Positions 28,139 to 41,716 are shown, counted from the first letter of the whole stretch. The stretch: DNA of 62,961 nucleotides, filler included, from Octopus bimaculoides (GCF_001194135.2; 3 parts of 3 records of this genome joined end to end with filler, not necessarily neighbours in it), one strand, 5' to 3'. Made by a program: numbers and translations. Notes: a model not told the origin generated them from the sequence alone.

Positions 28139-28524
28139 TTGTTGTTGGCACTCCGTCGCTTACGACGTCAAGGGTTCCAGTTGATCCGATCAACGGAACA
28201 GCCTGCTCATGAAATTAACGTGCAAGTGGCTGAGCACTCCACAGACACGTGTACCTTTAACGTGGTTCTCGAGGATATTCAGCGTGACACAGTGTGACAA
28301 GGCTGACCCTTTGAATTACAGGCACAACAGAAACAGGAAGTAAGAGTGAGAGAAAATTGTGGTGAAAGAGTACAGAAGGGTTCGCCACCATCCCCTGCCG
28401 GAGCCTCGTGGAGCTTTAGATGCTTTCGCTCAATAAGCACTCACAACGCCCGGTCTGGGAATTGAAACCGCGATCCTATGACCGCGAGTCCGCTGCCCTA
28501 ACCCCTGGGCCATTGCGCCTCCAC
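28139..28524 (-). mobile_element. SINE family D, full length
   Basis: Reverse complement of 12314-12695; TSD actctatg at 28131-28138 and 28525-28532. Confidence 0.85.
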
Positions 28525-28600
28525 ACTCTATGAATGAGACAAGAAAGAATAGGCAATACAGTGTGAAACGGAGAAAAAGCGCGTAGCCTAGAGATTAGAA

Positions 28601-28949
28601 CAGAAATTCTCAACTATTTTTCATCTATGGACCTCTTTGATTACTATTTTATTCTGGTGGACCCCCCACAGCCATTCGATGTGTAAAAACTAGTTTTATA
28701 GAAACTTCTTTCAAAAGTCCTATTTTGTTTTTCACACATTGTGTAGGTTGGATTATATAAAATGTTAGAGAAAGAAACCTAGCCGTTTCATGCAATACAT
28801 GCCAATACATACACCTAAAGCAAAGTTTTTCCAGGGGCCCTTATGATACTATTGCGGATCTCCAATTTATCATTTTACTGCGTGGCCTCTCTTCCGAAAA
28901 TCTTATATGTATTCTCAGGGATCATATGGGCCTCGGGTAAGAACCATTG
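28601..28949. mobile_element. Old hAT-like MITE (tentative)
   Basis: Ends cagaaattctcaac and gggtaagaaccattg resemble hAT TIRs; no TSD found. Confidence 0.35.
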
Positions 28950-29745
28950 AAATAAGGGTGTTGTGGTTGCGATCGCAAAATCGTGGTTTTGATTCTTGGA
29001 CAGGGAAGCATCTTGTGTTCTTGAGCAAAACATTTTATTTCACGTTGCTCCACTTCGCTCAGCGGTAAATGAGTATCTCTGCGACGGACTGGCATCTCCT
29101 TCAGTGAGAATGTTATGCTATGGCAACGGGGTAACTGGCCCCATGAGTTCTAAGACTTGAGGCAGTTATGTCCAAGGGCTGGAACAGAAGTGAATTAATA
29201 AAATCAGTAGAGTGATAAACAAAATGCCATGTGTTTGTTACGTCCCTTTACATTATAACTTCAAATCCCGCCTTGGTCGACTTTATATTTCTTTCATCCG
29301 GGATAATAATGTCGATAAACCAAGTATCAGTAATATCCAGAGGTAGATTTATTTCACTGTTTGTCTCCCAAAATTTTCGATCATCTGTAAGTGTTAGATA
29401 TCAATATGAAGTAAATAAGAGTGATGGCCAGTGTGTAGCATTTTATTAAGCGAGTGATGGCACCCTCTGGGATCTCATCATATCTACCCTGCCGTTTTAC
29501 TTCTACACCAATGTTCGAGGAACAGATGAGAGATAAACACCCCTTTTCATAGGTCATAATCCCTTTGCAGCTCGAAAAATGTATCACGTTTGGTGAACAA
29601 TAGTATTGTTGGTTATAGATTCCCAATGGACCAACCAGTGCCTGGCTGCACTTCTGCGAGTAAGAGTGACAAGGGGAGTGTCAGTAAATCGGTGCAAAGG
29701 AATTTGTTCCGAAAAGGATTTCGTTCAAAAGGAACCGTTATTTTG

Positions 29746-29780
<35 letters not shown>

Positions 29781-29784
29781 GCAT

Positions 29785-29815
<31 letters not shown>

Positions 29816-30260
29816 CACACACACGCACACACACACACACACAAAACACATATAAACAAAATCGAACACAAATACACAGGTGAATTGACGAAAGTATATT
29901 CTCTTGTGCCTATAATCGCAGCCTGCCCACGAACTGGCAAAAGAAATACCTTATGTATGTGTATTCAATATTGTTTATATACCTCGGGCTGCTTCTCGTT
30001 CATATTTGAATATATATGTATATATCTTTTTTATCTTTTTCTTGTTTCACTCGTTAGTATGCGGACATGCTGAGGTGCCGACTTGAAGAATTTTTAGTCG
30101 AATGAATCGACCCCAGGACTTATTCTTTGTAAGCCAAGTATTCCATCGACCCCTTGGCTGAACCGCTAAGTTACGAGGACGTAAACACACCAACATCGGT
30201 TGTCAAGCGATGGTGGTGGGACAAACACAGATACACACACATATACATGTATATATATAT

Positions 30261-30695
30261 TTCTCAATTGAATTACTTTCCCCCCCCTTCCTTCCTGTCT
30301 TAAGGCTTGACCTCTTATCCCTACACACATCTCTCACTTGCTTCGGGCTATCCTTTGAGTAAGCAGCGCACAGAGTACTCCGGATACGATATGATATATA
30401 TCCACCTTTGCTACTACAATTATCTCCGGAAAATACTCACAAGGATTCTTTACATGGATGTTTACTGCTGGAATGGAGCTACACTCCAAGTACTGTTTCT
30501 TCTTTGTTCTTTTTTCTGCGCATCGCTCTCACTTCTTACTACAAATCTCCTCTTATAGATGTAATAATCCATTCTTCTACTATTACCGTCTCCGATGAAG
30601 GGATACATTGGATTTTCCCTGAAACAGCTGTAAGACTTTATCCATAAAATATAATTCTAACTTTGCCATTGGTCTCTTTATCCTTTTCTTTCTTT
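30261..30695 (+). mobile_element. HHR-bearing unit inserted in (TA)n (probable Penelope pLTR-type fragment)
   Basis: Flanked by (TA)n on both sides; contains the HHR at 30588-30636; ends ggtctcttt plus a pyrimidine run, like the 54453-54626 unit. Confidence 0.6.
30588..30636 (+). ncRNA. Type I hammerhead ribozyme, U4C core variant
   Basis: gucu CCGAUGA aggga-uacauuggauuu-ucccu GAAA cagcug U A agac. Stem I gucu/agac, stem II aggga/ucccu, palindromic ACAGCUGU stem III, GUA triplet. Confidence 0.7.
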
Positions 30696-32390
30696 ATACA
30701 TACATATATATATATAAATATACAACAAGCTTCTTTCAGTTTCCGTCTATCAAATCCACTCACAAGGCGTTGGTCGGCCTGAGACTATAGTAGAAGACAC
30801 TTGCCCAAGGTGCCACGCAGTGGGACTGAACCCGGAACCATGTCGTTGGTAAGCAAGCTTCTTTTCGACTATATAAATCAGCTCTACAGATACGCACATA
30901 CATATATATGCATATATAAATGGTATGTGTGTGTACGATGGATTTCTGTACAATTTGTATCCACCAGGTCCACTGACAAAATATTGGTAAATTCAAACCT
31001 ATGGGAAAAGTTTTTCAAGGTTTTACACAGTGAGGATTGAACTCAGAACCACACGGTTGAAGAAGCAAATTTCTTGCGCAATCTTGCGTGTAAATTGAAA
31101 TGTTGTAAACATACACAAGAAAACTTAACATTAAAAATCGAAACATACCTTCCGATTTTCTATGTTTTTCACTTTTGCATCAATGTTTTATGCAAGATCA
31201 AAAATATATGAGTGGAGATTGAAAAAGAATAATCCTCATTTTATCTCCTCTAACATTATTCTGTTTGTCACGATTTGTGTTCGAGTGTTACGCACTAAAT
31301 AACGTTAATTATGGGGGAAAACAAAAGACAATGGAACTTTGTAAGATAATGAAACAAATTCCAATTTTACATACTAAACACGCATGTTCAACATCTCCAC
31401 CGCTTAACTAGTGGTGTTGGTTTGGTTCCATCCCACTAACTTTGCAGTTTGGCAAAAGAGACCGGTAGAATAAGTACCGAGTTTTTAAAAATAAGTACTG
31501 GGGTCAATTTGTTCGACTAAACCCTTAAGGGTGGTGCCCCTTCATGGCAAAAGTCCAATGAATGAAACAAATAAAACACAAAGGAAAAGATATAGAAGAA
31601 ATCTTAAACATAATGAGACAAGTTCGAAAGTTTCATATGAGACATGTTCAACTATGGAAGGATACTGACAACATATTTGAAAGATTTAACTTAGTAAAAC
31701 AATTTCAAGTGTCAAATTTTCAACATGATGAACAGGATATAAATTCAAAATATCAAGAGCCGGAAGACGTATCACGATGGATTTTTGTCGACCAGTATTC
31801 TATTTGTGACTTGCATCTATTCAAGAATGGAAGCTTAAGATGACTTCCGCAATATTTGACGACTGACAATTTGCTGTCGAGTGTATAATGGAAAATGTAT
31901 TTTCTCACTCCCCCCCCCTCTCTCTCTCTGTTTATATATGTATATATATATATATATATGAGGTATGGGGGTTTAGTTCACAGGTGATCTAAACGATCAG
32001 GTACGCTAGGTAAGTGGTGTAACGGATTACTAGGGCTCCAATATATATATATATATATATATAACCTCGAGGACCCAGGTTCAATCTCATTGCTTGGCAT
32101 CTTCGGCAGATGTAATTTTTTGTACCCTCAGGTCGATCCATACTTTATTAAACTGGGTAGACGGAAACTATACAAAATCTCGTCAGGTTGATTGTAGATG
32201 GCACAGCTGTTCCACATACTGTATCACGCTAATATTACCTGAGAATCATCTTAAAAGTATACGTGTCTGGAGAATTCGAACCCGTTTACGCTTAAATTCT
32301 GGAGCAGATAACTCAGTTAATGAAACAAAACATTTCTCATCGCTGAACGACGGAAATCCCTTCCTGCCATAAGTGTTGCAAAATATATTA

Positions 32391-32622
32391 CAGTAATCCC
32401 TCGACTATCGCAGGTGTTACGCTCCAAAACACCCGCGATAGGTGAAAATCTGCGATGTAGAAACAGTATTGAACTGTATATTTTTAAAATCATTTTTATA
32501 ATTTGTATATATCTATTTTATTATAAATGTAAAACACCACAGAGGAATCGACGTAAGCTTAAATAATAAACCGCGATATGTGAACCACAATATGCTAACC
32601 GCTATATGGTGAGGGATTACTG
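32391..32622. mobile_element. Tigger/pogo-type MITE
   Basis: TIRs cagtaatccctc and gagggattactg with TA TSD at 32389-32390 and 32623-32624. Confidence 0.85.
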
Positions 32623-32925
32623 TACCTCCTTTGGAAGCGAGTTGCTTGTTATAGCTTCAATATTTTTGTAACGCATTAAATACAGCTGGTGAGGAAAATT
32701 TTGGTGGCGTATCAAACGGCTGGCAGGAAACATGTTCTAAAGTATGATTCAGGAATTTAGTAATGTTACAAAGTCTCAGAAATGTGAGAAGGGATTTGAG
32801 AGATATTGTTCTATAGTGAAGGGTATATAAGTGTATCACTAGAACAAATGCCGTACTATGCAAAATAATATTAGAAATGATGAAGCCAGGATTCCTGGTT
32901 TTGAAAATAATCCCTATTCATTGTA

Positions 32926-34319
32926 TAGGATTATCCCCCAAAACGGGAACATTTGAAAGACCCAACAAAAATAAAAAAAATCCAAATCCAACAAAAGTTT
33001 TATGGACATAAACTAAACAACTTGCCTTATAATAATCAATAACCCAAAGTAATAATGTCTGAAAATTACGTCCCGTAGATGGCATCCTCTTCTACATATG
33101 TCAATCTGTCAATCTGCTGCTGAGGTTCCCCATTGCTTAGTGCAACGTCTCAGTTGGTGTACCACGAATTTGTCTTGAATTCTTTGTTTCAGGGTCCTTG
33201 GCTGAGCCGTGTAGACCTGACTCTTAAGGTAGCCCTACAAGAACAAATTTCGAACGGACAAATCCGGTGATCTTCGGGGCTAGAGAATGTCGCCAAATCT
33301 TGAGAGGCCACGGTTACCAAACAAATCTTGTGCAGCCGCCATTGATTGCCTTGTAGTGTCCGATGTCGCACCATCGTGAAGTTGCGGAAAATTCAATGCA
33401 GGTACAACAAAAGATTGCAGCATCTCAACATTTCGATCCAAAGTGACAGTTGTTGTGATCCCCTCTTCATTTTCGAAAAAAATAAGGTCTGATGACCCCA
33501 TGTGACGAAACTGCACACCATACCGTCACTTTGCTGCTGTATAAAGGGCGTTCATGAAGTTCTTTAGGGTTGCTGTCTGCCCAGTAACGATAGTTCTGCT
33601 TGTTCACATAATCTGTGAGATGAATATGGGCCTCGTCTGACATCCACAGCTTGTTCAAAAAGTTGTTGTCTTCGTTTATATTTTCTATAAGTTTTTGACA
33701 GTATTCTAATTGCAACTGGTAATCATTCTCCTTGAGTTCTTGCGCGATCTGCAGCTTGTACGGATAAAATTTAAAGTTAAAATGGAGAATTCAGCAAATA
33801 CTCTCTCATGATAACTTTAATGCAACTACTTCCTTATGAACTGAACAATGTGAGCTCTTTAGGACTAAAACATGTAGAGCCTCAGTATTCTGTGGAGCAC
33901 GAACATTTCTTGGTCGTTTTGTCGGTTTCTTTTTCAGAATCAATCCAGCCTCTTCAAAATTTTTGATCCATGCTTTTATCGCGTGTTTTGAGGGAACTTG
34001 ACCATGACGCCCTAAATTGAGACGACGTTGGAACTCACGCTGTGCACCCTCCAAACTATTGTTTTTGTAAAGCATTTTTATGACGAAAGCACACTGTTAA
34101 CCGTTCCACTGGTACATCATTACTAAATTGTAAGGTTGTTTCTGCATGAAGCGTATTGTACAGTAGTGCTGCCAAATGTACAGTACTACATGGTTGCCAC
34201 TATGCATTTCAAAAGTTGCCGGTTTGTTTGTTTAGTATCTGCAGATCAATTTTTTTGTTAGATTTGAACCTATTTTCGTTGGCTTTCTCAAAAGTTCCGG
34301 TTTTTTGGGGGTCACCCTA
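32926..34319 (-). mobile_element. Tc1/mariner transposon with DD41D spacing (rosa-like), inactivated
   Basis: TA-flanked imperfect TIRs; SDEAHIHL, VNKQNYRYW, HDGAT...(W>stop)PRRSPDLSVRN...(W>stop)GYLK. 41 residues lie between the second D and the third catalytic position (now N). Confidence 0.8.
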
Positions 34320-37300
34320 TATTAGGGATGTCAATAAATTACTATAAACAATCTAGTAAGCCACCTTTATCAATAAGAAGAGAAAGAAAGCCAAACATTG
34401 GAACTAATGGTAATAATACCGATTGCGTTATCATCAATAATTGACTGATACCTATTTTAGCGTTTTCGGAAAGATGAAAGGAAAACTTTCACCTCGGTAA
34501 GATTTGAATTCTGAACGTAGAGGCTGTAACTAAACACCACAAGATATTTCTGTCCGCTGCCCTAACGATTCTGTCAAACCACTGACTGTAATAATTGTTT
34601 TTAATTTAGGCACACGGGTAGTATTTTTAAGAAGGTTAACCGATACAGAAGTATCCAGAGTAATAAAAACCGATAATCGCAACAATTAACATCACAACAG
34701 AAGTTATAGTTAGAAGAGACGTCTAAGTCCAAGTCCAAGAGTACTGGTCTAACAAGCACCCGAACCTGGGTAGTAAGAAGGAAAAAATGTTAGACCTTCA
34801 TCAGAACAGTTAACACTCCAATATGTATTATTGGATGGAAGCCAATCCGCTACTAAAAGTTCTTTCTAACACAATATCGTCCAGAACCTCCAGGTTATAA
34901 ACCTAGCAAAAGTACGCACAGCAACGAGATGGAGCTTGGATCCAATTAACCGAGAGAAAAGAGTAAGACATGGAAATCCTCAGAAGATGAGAGTATAAGT
35001 GGCAGCCTCTCGCTGTGAAACAACAGAAAGCACTAGCATCCTTCGATTTATAATTGTTGTTTACCCTAGGTCTGCATTCATCTAGCATGTCTGTGATATT
35101 CCAAATGTGGTCACTCCATATGTTTACGGGTATGAAGAAATAAGTTATCTTAAGTGTCCGTCCCGTTTTAAGGTCATAGAATATGATTTATGTAGGATTT
35201 TGCCGCTATCTCTAGCAGGTTGAGCGACCATAAAGAACGTCTATAGGTCGGTTGCTGTCATTCATTCTAAGTTGTTCCAAACTGTAACATGAAGTTGAGA
35301 AGTGATGAGGCGAAAGAGAAAAGAAAAACCCCAAATACGTCATGTCAGAAGTGAAGATAATCAGGGGAATCAAGTTTTATTTACTTGAAATCCTTTTCTA
35401 TGCGAATGTGAGAAAGTTTGCCGCTGAATACAGATTAAGAAGAAGCCTTTAACTCAATCTGTAGCGGAGAAAATTCATGCAATCAAGCTTTATAGAAAGT
35501 TGAAGATTCTGGTTAAAGTGATGGGAGTTTGGTTCGATATTGTCCTCAAGTTGAATGAGATATGAGACGAGGTAATAACTAAGGTTATTCCGGAATTAAA
35601 TTGGTAGCTATCTTTGAAACATCAGGCGGATGTGGTGAATGCCGACATCAGAGTGTGGATGTAGGCGACACTACATCTTCCTGCAAGGAACATCTAACCA
35701 GCTTGGAACGTTTATGATGTTGCTTGCAGTGAAAGAGACTGGTCTGAATTGAACGATTGAATGCGGACGTTTTGGTGCCAGCTGAGCTGCTAATGGACGA
35801 TTTGGCGGTGAGGACACACACACATAGACACGCGTGAGCGCGCGCATACGCACGAGACTGGGAGAGACTAAAAATTTGCGAGATAAAAATGCTAAAGTGT
35901 ATTGAAATGAAAATGAAGCGACTAAAAAATAAGGTAACCTCCTTCTATATAAGACAATGCACAACGAACGATTACTGTTGTTTATAAATGAAAAACGGTA
36001 TATTGACATATCAAAAAGTATAGCTTTATTTAGTTTTTCATTTAATAATTATAAGCCTTTCTGTATTTATTTTTTTAATATTCCATGTAGTTTTTGTGAG
36101 TTCATGTCTAACTTTAAAAACAAATTAGTTTATGTAGAATAGTTATTTTTACATTTTTTTTTTTTTTGGTGTCCAGACATCTCAGCTACAAATCAGTCGA
36201 TACCAAATGGGTTCTGCGTAGAATTAGTGGCAGCAACTCGCTAGTACCTAATCACCGGTGTTAAATCATTAGCACAAAAACGTCTTTAACCTGGGGCCGG
36301 ACCTTTTAGCATTCTACCGCTAACATCCTCATCATAAAGAACTTGTGATGTAGTTGACGGTACATAAGCAGAGACGTTATGAAATAAGTTTATATTTCTG
36401 GACAGTGGGTAAGGTTAACAGTCTTTAGTCAGGCATGTCTGACAACAGCAAGTTATTTTGACCGGGCTAAAGCCTTGGGGCATAATTGAAGCGATGATGA
36501 GCGTTTTAAATTCTGGGTGTTTTTAATTGCTTAAGGTTTTCTACCAGTTTTACAATGGAACAGTGTCACTCTGTTGTTGGTAATGTCTTGAATAATACCT
36601 AACGCATCGATAACATTGTGGATTACAGATGATTTAGTTTCAAAATCCCTTCGAGGATTAGGGATAAAGTTGTGAGATGTCTGCTAGATGGGTCCACTAT
36701 ATGGAGAGAAGAATGAAAGTATTCTCCATGGACTTGCTCCCTCGCATAAACTATTGATTTGTGGAAGTATGTGACATGTAGGATGGACATTCAAAATTCA
36801 TAAAGAAAACTGTTCTGTCATGTTGGCTTCCTCCGGAGAAATGAAGTCAATTTTCCACTACATGATAACCATAGTGAAGAGTCTGAAAAACGTCCATTGG
36901 TTTTCCTCTCCAGCCAAATCCTCACCAGCTATTACAAGTACTTCTTGATGTGAAAGTTGAGGGTGGATACAGAAATACTGTTCAGCAGATATTTTTCTAA
37001 AACCAGAGCTAAGAGTGGCGAATATTGTCGTTTTATTCAACTCAGTCTTTTCTTTCTTTTGTATGTATTTTTATTAATTCATTTATTTAATTCTGTCATT
37101 GCTTTCTTTGTAGCGTTTCTTTTTCTCTTTTTCTGTCAGTGGACTTCATATTTTTTCACTTGTTTGGTTGTTTTTTTTTAATATATTTTTCAAATTTTTA
37201 GTTTATCGCATTCGAAGTTTTCCTTCAAATTTTATACTCATCATTTTATTTCTCTGTTTTATTTTCCTTCTATTTTTCCACCCAAACCCTCCTTAACATA

Positions 37301-37786
37301 ATTAGATTCAATAAAGTAAAAAAAAAAAAAAAATGATGTATTCCCTTCCACCCTCTTCAGCACTCTATTCACTCACCACCACCCTAAAACAGATCAATAA
37401 CAAATAAGATACCCACACAGCTCCTGCAATCTTTTCACTTACATTAAGATTAACGATTCGTTCTCACCCAACATTTTAGTTCTATTTATATATTTATTGT
37501 GTCTTTATATATTTTGTTCCTAAAATAATGGTCTTTAAAACGCCTCCGTTAATGTTTGCCAAATCATACTTCCTATTCAAAAATCTCACCATTCTACCTA
37601 TCTATTCTTGCTTCATGTCATTTCTCCATCTCATGAACCCCTACAGTACTATCTCCTTTCCCTCCTTTTCTCCTTGTCTCATCAGTTTCGATTCCAGTCA
37701 TCCTCTCTGACTTTATCTTATACTGGACCGTTTTCAATCAGTCATGCATTCTTTCTCTCATACATACAGACACCACCATCCGCGTG

Positions 37787-37838
<52 letters not shown>

Positions 37839-38050
37839 TACATACATGTATATGCACGTTCATGCTCGAACTCATTTAAAAAAATGCACGTCCTCTAATA
37901 TACATACATATCTACTTACCTAAATATGTACGTACATACGTATCTACATGTATGTATGTACGTAGGTACGTACGTATGTATGTATATATATATATGTATA
38001 TATGTATGTATGTGTGCATGTGTGTATGTGTGTATGTGTGTGTGTGTGTT

Positions 38051-38140
<90 letters not shown>

Positions 38141-38548
38141 CTAGAACACACGCACAAAGCTTAATGTTCTCTCTCTCTCTTTCTGCAGACACATACAATT
38201 ATATATATATGTATATGTGTGTGTGCGTGTGTGTGTGTTTGTATGTATGTATGTATACATTCATACGTTCATGCATGCATACATATACACTTACACATAC
38301 ACAGACACATACGCGAGCACACACACACTGACACACACAGACACACACACACACATGTACATATCTTCTCTATTATTTAACTATCAATGTATTTATTTGT
38401 CTGTCAACCATCTTTCTACCTGGATTATTTTTTTTTCGGNNNNNNNNNNNNNNNNNNNNNNNNNNNNNNNNNNNNNNNNNNNNTTAATTAATTAANNNNN
38501 NNNNNNNNNNNNNNNNNNNNNNNNNNNNNNNNNNNNNNNATATATATA

Positions 38549-39827
38549 TTAGGTTGTCAGGAAAGTTCTTGCAGTTTTTAACCTTTAAATTCAGATGCAT
38601 ATATCTCGACTCAAACAAAACTTTATTAATCGAAGTAAACACCATCAGAATCAACACACTTTTGCCAATGCGAAACAAGTTTATTTATGCTAGTAGCATA
38701 AAAATCCTGCGTTCTTGTGGCGATGAAGTAATTGAAGATGTGTTTGGCATCGTCTTGGTTTTTGAAGCATTTCTCACGCAGGAAGTTGTTGAGATGCTTG
38801 GAAAAGTGGTAGTCGGTAGGCGAGAGGTCTGGTGAGTATGGCGGATGAGACAGAGTTTCGTAGCCTAATTCGTTCAACTTCTGCAGAGTCAGTTGTGTGA
38901 CGTGCAGCTGAGTGTTGTCGTGGAGAAGAATTGGTCCTTTTCTATTGACCAATGCTGGCTGTTGTCAAAGTTTCTTATGCATTTCATCCATTTGCTGACA
39001 ATACTTCTCCACTGTAATGGTTTTGCCTGGATCCAAAAGGCTATGATGGACGAGACCAGCTGCAGACCACAAAACAGTCACCATGACCTTCTTTTGGTGC
39101 AACTTTGGCTTCGGGAAGTGCCATGGGGCTTCATCGGCGTCCAACCACTGAGCTGAGCGTTGCCGGTTGTCGTAAAGAATCCACTTTTCATCGCAAGTCA
39201 CAATCCAGTCAAGAAACAGGCCATTCTTATTGTATAAAAGAAGGGAAGATGACACTTCAAAACGGCGTTTTTTGTGGTTGTCGTTAAATTCGTGCGGCAC
39301 CCATTTCTCAAGTATTTTTGTTTTTCCAGTCTCTTTCAAGTGGTTGGAAATTGTCGTATACGTTACGTCTAATTCAGAAGCAAGCTCTCGAACAGTTCTG
39401 CATGGACTTGTTTCGACTAAGGCTCTTAGTTGATCATTGTCAACATCCGATGTCCGACCACTACGTTTATCATCTTCAAGACAATCATTGCCGCTACGAA
39501 ATTTCTTGAACCACCATTGTGCTGTATGTTCATTAGCGGTTCTCGGACCAAACACATCGTTGATATCGCGAGCTGTTTCAGCAGCTTTTTGGTCTAGCTT
39601 GAACTGGAATAAGAAAATTGTGTGAATTTGCTTTTTGTCCATGTTGTATTCAACATTCTGGAAAAAAAGGCTTAATTATTCAAAAAGAAAAAGAGTAACA
39701 TGATTAGATAGGGTGAAAAACGGGCTTTAAAATGATATATAAAGTCAAAGTAATTTAACGAAAATTAATTTGAAAATAAATCATTTAAAATCAAAATTTA
39801 AAATTCAACAAGAACTTTCTTTACAAC
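38549..39827 (-). mobile_element. mariner (DD34D, Hsmar1/cecropia-like), near full length
   Basis: ORFs 38965-39642 and 38626-38952 are in one frame separated by a single stop; WVPHE, TCDEKW, HDN and HPPYSPDLSPTDY motifs; left TIR TA-ttaggttgtcaggaaagttcttg, right TIR truncated at 39827. Confidence 0.95.
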
Positions 39828-39980
39828 ATCATCATCATCATCATCGTTTAACGTCCGCTTTCCATGCTAGCATGGGTTGGACGATTTGACTGAGGACTGG
39901 TGAAACCGGATGGCAACACCAGGCTCCAGTCTGATTTGGCAGAGTTTCTACAGCTGGATGCCCTTCCTAACGCCAACCAC
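39828..39980 (-). mobile_element. RTE LINE 3' end with (GAT)n tail
   Basis: Nearly identical to the reverse complement of the 46225-46376 tail; runs into a gap. Confidence 0.85.
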
Positions 39981-40480
39981 NNNNNNNNNNNNNNNNNNNN
40001 NNNNNNNNNNNNNNNNNNNNNNNNNNNNNNNNNNNNNNNNNNNNNNNNNNNNNNNNNNNNNNNNNNNNNNNNNNNNNNNNNNNNNNNNNNNNNNNNNNNN
40101 NNNNNNNNNNNNNNNNNNNNNNNNNNNNNNNNNNNNNNNNNNNNNNNNNNNNNNNNNNNNNNNNNNNNNNNNNNNNNNNNNNNNNNNNNNNNNNNNNNNN
40201 NNNNNNNNNNNNNNNNNNNNNNNNNNNNNNNNNNNNNNNNNNNNNNNNNNNNNNNNNNNNNNNNNNNNNNNNNNNNNNNNNNNNNNNNNNNNNNNNNNNN
40301 NNNNNNNNNNNNNNNNNNNNNNNNNNNNNNNNNNNNNNNNNNNNNNNNNNNNNNNNNNNNNNNNNNNNNNNNNNNNNNNNNNNNNNNNNNNNNNNNNNNN
40401 NNNNNNNNNNNNNNNNNNNNNNNNNNNNNNNNNNNNNNNNNNNNNNNNNNNNNNNNNNNNNNNNNNNNNNNNNNNNNNNN

Positions 40481-40680
40481 NATATATATATGTATGTATG
40501 TGTGTGTATATGTCTGTGTGTCTGTGTTTACGTCCCTGTAACTTGGCAGTTCAGCAAAATGGACCGATAAAATAAGTACTAGGCTTACAAAGAATAAGTT
40601 CTGGGGTCGATTTGCTCGACTAAAGGCGGTGCTCCAGCATGGCCACAGTCAAATGACTGAAACAAATAAAAGAATAAAAT
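40481..40680 (+). mobile_element. SINE family A 3' module
   Basis: Homology to other A copies. Confidence 0.75.
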
Positions 40681-40685
40681 ATATA

Positions 40686-40894
40686 TGAAGGAGTATTAAA
40701 AAGTTCCTGGCTTTGGGTAAAAGAAAATACAGGAGGATCAGTTAATTATGATTTTATTCCCCTCTCAGATTCACACACTTATTGTAGCAGTCCTTCAGTT
40801 TTTCTAAGACCTGTAAAAGAACTTGGAGGGTTGGGTCTCCAACCAGGCCTTTTGCGATACCCTTAAAGCTAGGAACTTCTCAACACCCCTGCAT
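40686..40894. mobile_element. mariner-derived MITE
   Basis: TIR-like ends (aaaagttcctggct and agctaggaacttctc); copies at about 55866-56057 and 61138-61357. Internal sequence encodes a mariner C-terminus-like KCVNLRG... Confidence 0.7.
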
Positions 40895-41047
40895 ACATAG
40901 TTGGTATATTTGCAGACTATTCAGTTGTGGTGAATAAATACCAAAAACAGTATCCATTTCCTCATAAAGTGTAGTTTTCATCTACAGACTTGTGAGTTTT
41001 GGGCCCAGCATGCTTGCACTGCACCAGTCTCCTCAATGAGTGATTAA

Positions 41048-41269
41048 CCCTGACAGCATTGAAATTACTTTATCAATGTAATGCTTTTTTTATTCACATT
41101 GTTTTAAATTAATTATACATTATCTTGTAGCTTTCAGATTTCGATGATGTGAGTGTTTATTTTTCAGAATGACATTGTAGGGTAGGTGTGAGAGATCAGA
41201 TCTGTCCTGTTTGAACATAAAACATGTAGGATATCTGGGTTGGATATGACTGGTTTAAATGCTAGAGGG
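41048..41269. mobile_element. piggyBac-type MITE, diverged
   Basis: TTAA-ccc ... ggg-(t)aa ends; homologous to 61391-61611. Confidence 0.7.
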
Positions 41270-41431
41270 TAATGCAAATATATAATGTAGTATTTCTTAT
41301 ACTGTCTGTTCTGGGTTACATTCCTTCTGTCACATTATCCATCGTATGTTATTTATTATTTATTTGTATGCCTTGGACTGTGTCAAATGTATGAAATATA
41401 GTTTTTTTTTTTCGTCCTTTTTAAAGCCTAG

Positions 41432-41716
41432 CCAGGCTCATGAGCCCGGTTTCCTGGTTTCTATGGCATATGTCTTCCTCCCAGCTGGACAGGACGCCAG
41501 TCCATCATAGCATTACTCAAAAAACAGGAAGAAAGAGTAAGAGAAAGTTGGGGTGAAAGAGTACAACAGGGGTCACCACCACCCCCTGCCAGAGCCTCAT
41601 GGAACTTTAGGTGTTTTCGCTCAATAAACACACACAATGCCCGGTCTGGGAATCGAAACCGCGATCCTCCGACCGCGAGTCTGCTGCCCTAACCACTGGG
41701 CCATTGCACCTCCACA
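41432..41716 (-). mobile_element. SINE family D, CpG-decayed partial copy
   Basis: Homology to 28139-28524 with several CG to TG/CA changes. Confidence 0.75.

Larger units (their letters stand above)
30035..30865 (-). mobile_element. SINE family A copy split by an insertion at 30261-30695
   Basis: 3' module at 30035-30260 and head/core at 30720-30865, separated within the (TA)n tract. Confidence 0.75.

Noticed and set aside
12304-28532. Both family D TSDs contain actcta, suggesting target specificity
   Set aside because: The two elements are in opposite orientations relative to the motif and n=2; likely chance.
34600-37040. Unique-looking region with a CpG-rich patch near 35790-35880 and a donor-like site at 35934
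   Set aside because: No frame stays open and no motif was recognised; it could be a promoter or a decayed element but cannot be supported.
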